Shown piece after piece: positions 59,049-64,000 of a DNA stretch of 64,000 nucleotides. The notes beneath the pieces are model-generated. The model ran no database searches. It was not told the DNA's origin and was given only the letters and a program-made list of their open reading frames with translations. The DNA is from an uncultured Spirochaetota bacterium (lineage in GTDB: Bacteria > Spirochaetota > Brevinematia > Brevinematales > JAOACQ01). The DNA lies in contig CAWIGG010000002.1 of NCBI GenBank assembly GCA_963835575.1, forward strand, positions 1,536,001 through 1,600,000, given 5' to 3'. Made by a program: the position numbers and the translations under genes. Within the stretch, counting starts at the first letter, position 1. Each line of letters opens with the position of its first letter.

Positions 59049-61334
59049 ATGCGTATAATAAAAAAGAGAGGTATGGCGTCTTCTTTTTTTATTAATATCA
59101 TCATTTTACTTTTTTTCATCATGCCGGGCTGCTTCGGTGAAATGATACTCAAAAGCCCTGATGAAAAATTACCGCTGAAAAATTTTTTTATCCTGGAAAG
59201 CGAATATCATCCGGGCTGGCTGATAACAACTGAATTATCATCCGCATTTATTCCCTATAATTACAGCATTCTTCCGGTCAATTTAAAAACCTCAAAACGG
59301 ATGTATACATTCCGGGGAAGTTTTTACCTCAATTTATCTCTGTCCGGTTCCATACTCTCGCTCTATTTAGGTCCGTCCGGCTATCCTTATGACGTTTATC
59401 TGAACGGGAAAAAGATCCTCAGCAGAGGGAACCATATCGGGATATATCAACCCACATCTTATGAGACCCTTTCTATTCAATTAAATAATGAACAGCTTAG
59501 ATACGGGAACACCCCGAATGAAATCGCCGTTCAGGCCTTTCCATTTGATGAAAGGGACCCATTTGAAGCGCCTGTTCTATCTTCTGAAAATAATACGGCA
59601 CGTATGGCTTTTATCAGAAATATTTTTAATGTCCATTTTATCCAAGCTTCTTTTATTATAGGCATCCTGATAGGTCTTTATTTCCTCTTTCACTTTTCAG
59701 CAAGACGCTTCAAAGACAGGCATTATCTCTATTTTGCCCTGATGTGCTTCTTTTTCAGCTTCAGCTATTTCAATATTTCCTTTAATTATAATTTAGTGGA
59801 CGAGGTATTTCTGGAAAAAATATCCCGCTGTTCTTTCCCGCTGGCCACTCTTTTTCTGACTTTGTTCATCAGGGAGTTTACAAAGCTTGCCAAAAAATTC
59901 TGGGTTTTCGGCATCATTACCATACCCTCATTCATTACCGCCATATACCCGTTTTTTCAGAATACAAAAAGCGCTATTGATAATTTTTTCAATCAAACTG
60001 TGACAAATTTCATCATTACTCCTCTTCTGCTTTTCAGTATTATCATGCTGATTATTTCTTATGTCAAAACACGTAAAAAAGAATACCTGATCATAATGGC
60101 GGCCTTCTTTTTCAATATAGGCGCAAGTCTTCATGATATTTATTATGTAAATATACATAACAGTCCTTTCTGCTGGCTGGTGCCTTACAGCTACATGATG
60201 CTGGTTATCAGTATTTTCATCGTACTCGCCATTGAGGAATCCTCCATCTATACCGAATCGCTTAAAAGCGCGGATGAAATCAGCCATAAGAACAAATCGA
60301 TGAAGGAAATCCTGCAGAAAATAGAGCTTGTCTCCGGCAATCTTGTCCATTCCAGCCGGAACCTGGAAGACAACATCGGCACCGCCATTTCCGTCATTAT
60401 GAATTCCAGCAAAAACAACAAGGCAATCTCCGGCCAGCTCATTTCACAGCTCCAGGAAATCGAAAAAGTCACCTCCCAGATCGCCTTGCGCATGGAAACC
60501 GCCGTGGATAAAATCCCGAAAGCCATTTCCAACCAGACGGCCGTCGTCGAGGAGACAAACCGCACCGTCACAAGCATGAATACCCATATTGATAAAATCC
60601 AGCAATCGACCATACAGACCAATGATATAGCCCAGGAACTCTCCCGCATCGCCACCGACAGCAAGGACATCGTTCTCAAATCAAAAAACTCGATCAGCCA
60701 GGTGGCGGAAAACTCGAAGTTTATCAGCGAGGTCCTGCAGAACATACAGGAAATCGTCGAGGAAAGCAATTTCCTCTCCATCAACGCATCCATAGAATCG
60801 GCGCATGCCGGGGAAGCCGGCAAGGGATTCAGCATCCTGGCCAATGAGATCAGGGAGCTTGCCAATAAATCCAGGGAAAGGCTGGAAATGAGCCAGAGCC
60901 GTCTCAAGCAGATGATCTCCTTTATCAATGAAAGCCTTATGCTTTCCGAACAGGTCACGAACCAGCTCCTGACGATTATCGAGAACACGCAGAGCTCCGC
61001 CGCTATGATCAGCAATATCACGGCGCTGATGAACGAGCATAAAGCCGAATCGAACGCCATTCTGGAAGGATCGGGGATCCTGCTTAAGGATACGCTTTCG
61101 ATCAAGAATATGACGGATGATGACCAGAGGGAGAACGAGAAGCTGCAGAAAACATTGCTCAGTTTAAAGAAGTCTTTTGAGGATATGGCGAACCTGCTCC
61201 GGGGCCAGACTGAAAGCGAATCGGACATACGGGACGCCATAGACCATATCAAGGAAGTTCTTACTGAAAACCTGAAAACCATTGATATTTTAAAGGAAAC
61301 CGTTATGATAGCTGCGGATAATAAATCGGCTTGA
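59049..61334 (+). CDS. Methyl-accepting chemotaxis protein with 7TM-DISM-like sensor
   Basis: Periplasmic beta domain, about 7 TM, hairpin-tip motif LSINASIESAHAGEAGKGFSILANEIRELA. Confidence 0.88.
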   Translation: MRIIKKRGMASSFFINIIILLFFIMPGCFGEMILKSPDEKLPLKNFFILESEYHPGWLITTELSSAFIPYNYSILPVNLKTSKRMYTFRGSFYLNLSLSGSILSLYLGPSGYPYDVYLNGKKILSRGNHIGIYQPTSYETLSIQLNNEQLRYGNTPNEIAVQAFPFDERDPFEAPVLSSENNTARMAFIRNIFNVHFIQASFIIGILIGLYFLFHFSARRFKDRHYLYFALMCFFFSFSYFNISFNYNLVDEVFLEKISRCSFPLATLFLTLFIREFTKLAKKFWVFGIITIPSFITAIYPFFQNTKSAIDNFFNQTVTNFIITPLLLFSIIMLIISYVKTRKKEYLIIMAAFFFNIGASLHDIYYVNIHNSPFCWLVPYSYMMLVISIFIVLAIEESSIYTESLKSADEISHKNKSMKEILQKIELVSGNLVHSSRNLEDNIGTAISVIMNSSKNNKAISGQLISQLQEIEKVTSQIALRMETAVDKIPKAISNQTAVVEETNRTVTSMNTHIDKIQQSTIQTNDIAQELSRIATDSKDIVLKSKNSISQVAENSKFISEVLQNIQEIVEESNFLSINASIESAHAGEAGKGFSILANEIRELANKSRERLEMSQSRLKQMISFINESLMLSEQVTNQLLTIIENTQSSAAMISNITALMNEHKAESNAILEGSGILLKDTLSIKNMTDDDQRENEKLQKTLLSLKKSFEDMANLLRGQTESESDIRDAIDHIKEVLTENLKTIDILKETVMIAADNKSA

Positions 61335-61341
61335 TGAATAT
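60165..61341 (+). repeat. About 1177-bp direct repeat, copy 1 (MCP cytoplasmic half)
   Basis: Appears identical to 62554-63730 (offset 2389). Confidence 0.9.
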
Positions 61342-61359
61342 CAGGGATATATTAGTTTT

Positions 61360-61386
61360 TAATTTTTAATACCCTAATATCGATAA
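61360..61386 (+). promoter_or_regulatory. Sigma28 (FliA)-like promoter of MCP2
   Basis: TAAT-N15-ATCGATAA; boxes conserved with MCP1 while the spacer differs. Confidence 0.55.
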
Positions 61387-61440
61387 ATAGATGACCTTAC
61401 TATCTCTTTGAGTAGAGGCGCTCTGTTGGAGGACAAGTTC

Positions 61441-63723
61441 ATGACTTTAATAAAAAGGACCAAAGCGTCTTCTTTTTTTATTAGTATCATTTTTCTGATT
61501 TTTATATTACCGGACTGTTTCGGCGAAATGATCCTCAAAAGCCCGGGTGAAAAATTGAATCTCACGAATTTTTTTATCCTGGAAAGCGAATATCATCCCG
61601 GATGGTATTTAACATCCGATCTATCATCCGTCGGTTTTAAACCCTACCTGTTCAATTCCCTGCCGGTAACTTTAAAAGGAATAAGAAGAATGTATACTTT
61701 CAGGGGAAATTTTTATATCGATCCCTCACTCCAGAATACTCCGTTTTCTCTCTATTTAGGACCATCCAGCTATCCTTATGATATATATCTTAATGGAAAG
61801 AAAATTCTCATCCGGGGCAACCCCGGCATTTTTTATCAATCCACCTTCTATGATACTATTGATATACAGATCAATGGTGAATTCCTGCATTACGGGAAAA
61901 TCCCTAATGAGATCGCAGTCCAGGCTTATACTATCGATGAAACCGCTCCTTTAGAAGCGCCGGTATTTTCCTCGGAAAAAATGATCGCGCGCATGGTATT
62001 CTTTAGAAACCTGTTTAATGTTTACTTCATACAGGCGTCATGCGTCATCGGCATCCTGATCGGGCTTTATTTTCTCTTTCACTTCGCCGCCAGGCGCTTC
62101 AAAGACAATCATTATCTCTATTTTGCCCTGATGTGCTTCTTTTTCAGCTTCAGCTATTTCAATAATGCGTTTACTTATATTTCCGCTGATGAGATTCTTT
62201 TTGAAAAGATATCATGTTTTTCCTTTCCCTTCACTGTTTTATTTCTGACTTTGTTCATCAGGGAGTTTACAAAGCTTGCCAAAAAATTCTGGATAATCAT
62301 TATATTATGTATTCCGCCGGTTTTAAGCGCCGTCTATATTCTCCAGCAGAAAACAAAATCCTCAATTGATTCTTTTTTTTATTCCATCATGACTAATTTT
62401 TATTTTACCCCATTGCTGCTGTTCTGTTTAATCCTGCTGATAATATCTTATATCAAAAAAAGGAAAAAAGAATATTTTATTATATTAGCGGGGTTTATAA
62501 TTAATATCGGCGCCAGTATCCACGATATGATTTTTGTCATGTCTTCCGCGACGCCTTTCTGCTGGCTGGTGCCTTACAGCTACATGATGCTGGTTATCAG
62601 TATTTTCATCGTACTCGCCATTGAGGAATCCTCCATCTATACCGAATCGCTTAAAAGCGCGGATGAAATCAGCCATAAGAACAAATCGATGAAGGAAATC
62701 CTGCAGAAAATAGAGCTTGTCTCCGGCAATCTTGTCCATTCCAGCCGGAACCTGGAAGACAACATCGGCACCGCCATTTCCGTCATTATGAATTCCAGCA
62801 AAAACAACAAGGCAATCTCCGGCCAGCTCATTTCACAGCTCCAGGAAATCGAAAAAGTCACCTCCCAGATCGCCTTGCGCATGGAAACCGCCGTGGATAA
62901 AATCCCGAAAGCCATTTCCAACCAGACGGCCGTCGTCGAGGAGACAAACCGCACCGTCACAAGCATGAATACCCATATTGATAAAATCCAGCAATCGACC
63001 ATACAGACCAATGATATAGCCCAGGAACTCTCCCGCATCGCCACCGACAGCAAGGACATCGTTCTCAAATCAAAAAACTCGATCAGCCAGGTGGCGGAAA
63101 ACTCGAAGTTTATCAGCGAGGTCCTGCAGAACATACAGGAAATCGTCGAGGAAAGCAATTTCCTCTCCATCAACGCATCCATAGAATCGGCGCATGCCGG
63201 GGAAGCCGGCAAGGGATTCAGCATCCTGGCCAATGAGATCAGGGAGCTTGCCAATAAATCCAGGGAAAGGCTGGAAATGAGCCAGAGCCGTCTCAAGCAG
63301 ATGATCTCCTTTATCAATGAAAGCCTTATGCTTTCCGAACAGGTCACGAACCAGCTCCTGACGATTATCGAGAACACGCAGAGCTCCGCCGCTATGATCA
63401 GCAATATCACGGCGCTGATGAACGAGCATAAAGCCGAATCGAACGCCATTCTGGAAGGATCGGGGATCCTGCTTAAGGATACGCTTTCGATCAAGAATAT
63501 GACGGATGATGACCAGAGGGAGAACGAGAAGCTGCAGAAAACATTGCTCAGTTTAAAGAAGTCTTTTGAGGATATGGCGAACCTGCTCCGGGGCCAGACT
63601 GAAAGCGAATCGGACATACGGGACGCCATAGACCATATCAAGGAAGTTCTTACTGAAAACCTGAAAACCATTGATATTTTAAAGGAAACCGTTATGATAG
63701 CTGCGGATAATAAATCGGCTTGA
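61441..63723 (+). CDS. Methyl-accepting chemotaxis protein with 7TM-DISM-like sensor (tandem paralog)
   Basis: Same architecture; ATG 61441 follows GGAGG and aligns with the MCP1 start. Confidence 0.88.
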   Translation: MTLIKRTKASSFFISIIFLIFILPDCFGEMILKSPGEKLNLTNFFILESEYHPGWYLTSDLSSVGFKPYLFNSLPVTLKGIRRMYTFRGNFYIDPSLQNTPFSLYLGPSSYPYDIYLNGKKILIRGNPGIFYQSTFYDTIDIQINGEFLHYGKIPNEIAVQAYTIDETAPLEAPVFSSEKMIARMVFFRNLFNVYFIQASCVIGILIGLYFLFHFAARRFKDNHYLYFALMCFFFSFSYFNNAFTYISADEILFEKISCFSFPFTVLFLTLFIREFTKLAKKFWIIIILCIPPVLSAVYILQQKTKSSIDSFFYSIMTNFYFTPLLLFCLILLIISYIKKRKKEYFIILAGFIINIGASIHDMIFVMSSATPFCWLVPYSYMMLVISIFIVLAIEESSIYTESLKSADEISHKNKSMKEILQKIELVSGNLVHSSRNLEDNIGTAISVIMNSSKNNKAISGQLISQLQEIEKVTSQIALRMETAVDKIPKAISNQTAVVEETNRTVTSMNTHIDKIQQSTIQTNDIAQELSRIATDSKDIVLKSKNSISQVAENSKFISEVLQNIQEIVEESNFLSINASIESAHAGEAGKGFSILANEIRELANKSRERLEMSQSRLKQMISFINESLMLSEQVTNQLLTIIENTQSSAAMISNITALMNEHKAESNAILEGSGILLKDTLSIKNMTDDDQRENEKLQKTLLSLKKSFEDMANLLRGQTESESDIRDAIDHIKEVLTENLKTIDILKETVMIAADNKSA

Positions 63724-63730
63724 TGAATAT
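62554..63730 (+). repeat. About 1177-bp direct repeat, copy 2
   Basis: Appears identical to 60165-61341. Confidence 0.9.
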
Positions 63731-63751
63731 AAATTTAAAAAAGGGGCTATT

Positions 63752-64000
63752 ATGGATTTTTCTCTGGGTGATATTGAGAACAACAGAATCTTAATTGTTG
63801 ATGATAATGAAGCGATACATGAAGATATCAAAAAAATTATTAAAAGCGAACCCTCCAAGGAAAAATTAGAAATTTCCAATCTTGAAAATATTTTATTCGA
63901 CAAAAAAATAAATACTGAAAACATACCGGATAAAATTAAAATAGATTACCAGATTGAAGACGCCTATCAGGGTGAAGAAGCGGTCATGATGGTCCAGAAG
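63752..64000 (+). CDS. Response-regulator-domain protein (5' part; runs off window end)
   Basis: MDFSLGDIENNRILIVDDNEAIHEDIKKII...AYQGEEAV. Confidence 0.8.
   Translation, partial: MDFSLGDIENNRILIVDDNEAIHEDIKKIIKSEPSKEKLEISNLENILFDKKINTENIPDKIKIDYQIEDAYQGEEAVMMVQK

Noticed and set aside
60248..63671. Duplicated 344-aa minus-strand ORFs (60248-61282, 62637-63671)
   Set aside because: Antisense shadows of the MCP coiled-coil region, duplicated only because the DNA is

Overview
Bacterial chromosomal window, moderately AT-rich. It is probably from a spirochaete (inference from an FlcA-like TPR membrane protein, 7TM-DISM chemoreceptors and an FGE-type lipoprotein). A housekeeping core at about 24-48 kb (comF, flcA-like, ftsW, neuB-family, ferredoxin, serA, eda, pfkA, lptF/G, sppA, fabZ, fabD, ptsI, purU) is flanked by two accessory regions. 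The left one (1-24 kb) holds an intact single-gene IS66 with 14-bp TIRs and an 8-bp TSD, a phosphatase-YibE/F operon, leuA, GntR-trpBA, a stress/detox-like gene run and four unannotated gene remnants. The right one (48-64 kb) holds a 7TM-DISM-PAS-LuxR regulator next to a GH8 lipoprotein, an FGE/CLec lipoprotein resembling an orphan DGR target, a penicillin acylase, and two tandem 7TM-DISM chemoreceptors with about 1.18 kb of apparently identical 3' sequence. Non-coding structure is rich: a 204-bp three-hairpin MITE in four copies, each with its own 4-bp TSD, plus modular relatives; a second family of inverted 8-9-mer arrays just after stop codons; and a GTCATTGCGAG-type palindrome. No rRNA, tRNA, CRISPR array or reverse transcriptase was seen. 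All calls are by eye, with no database searches.
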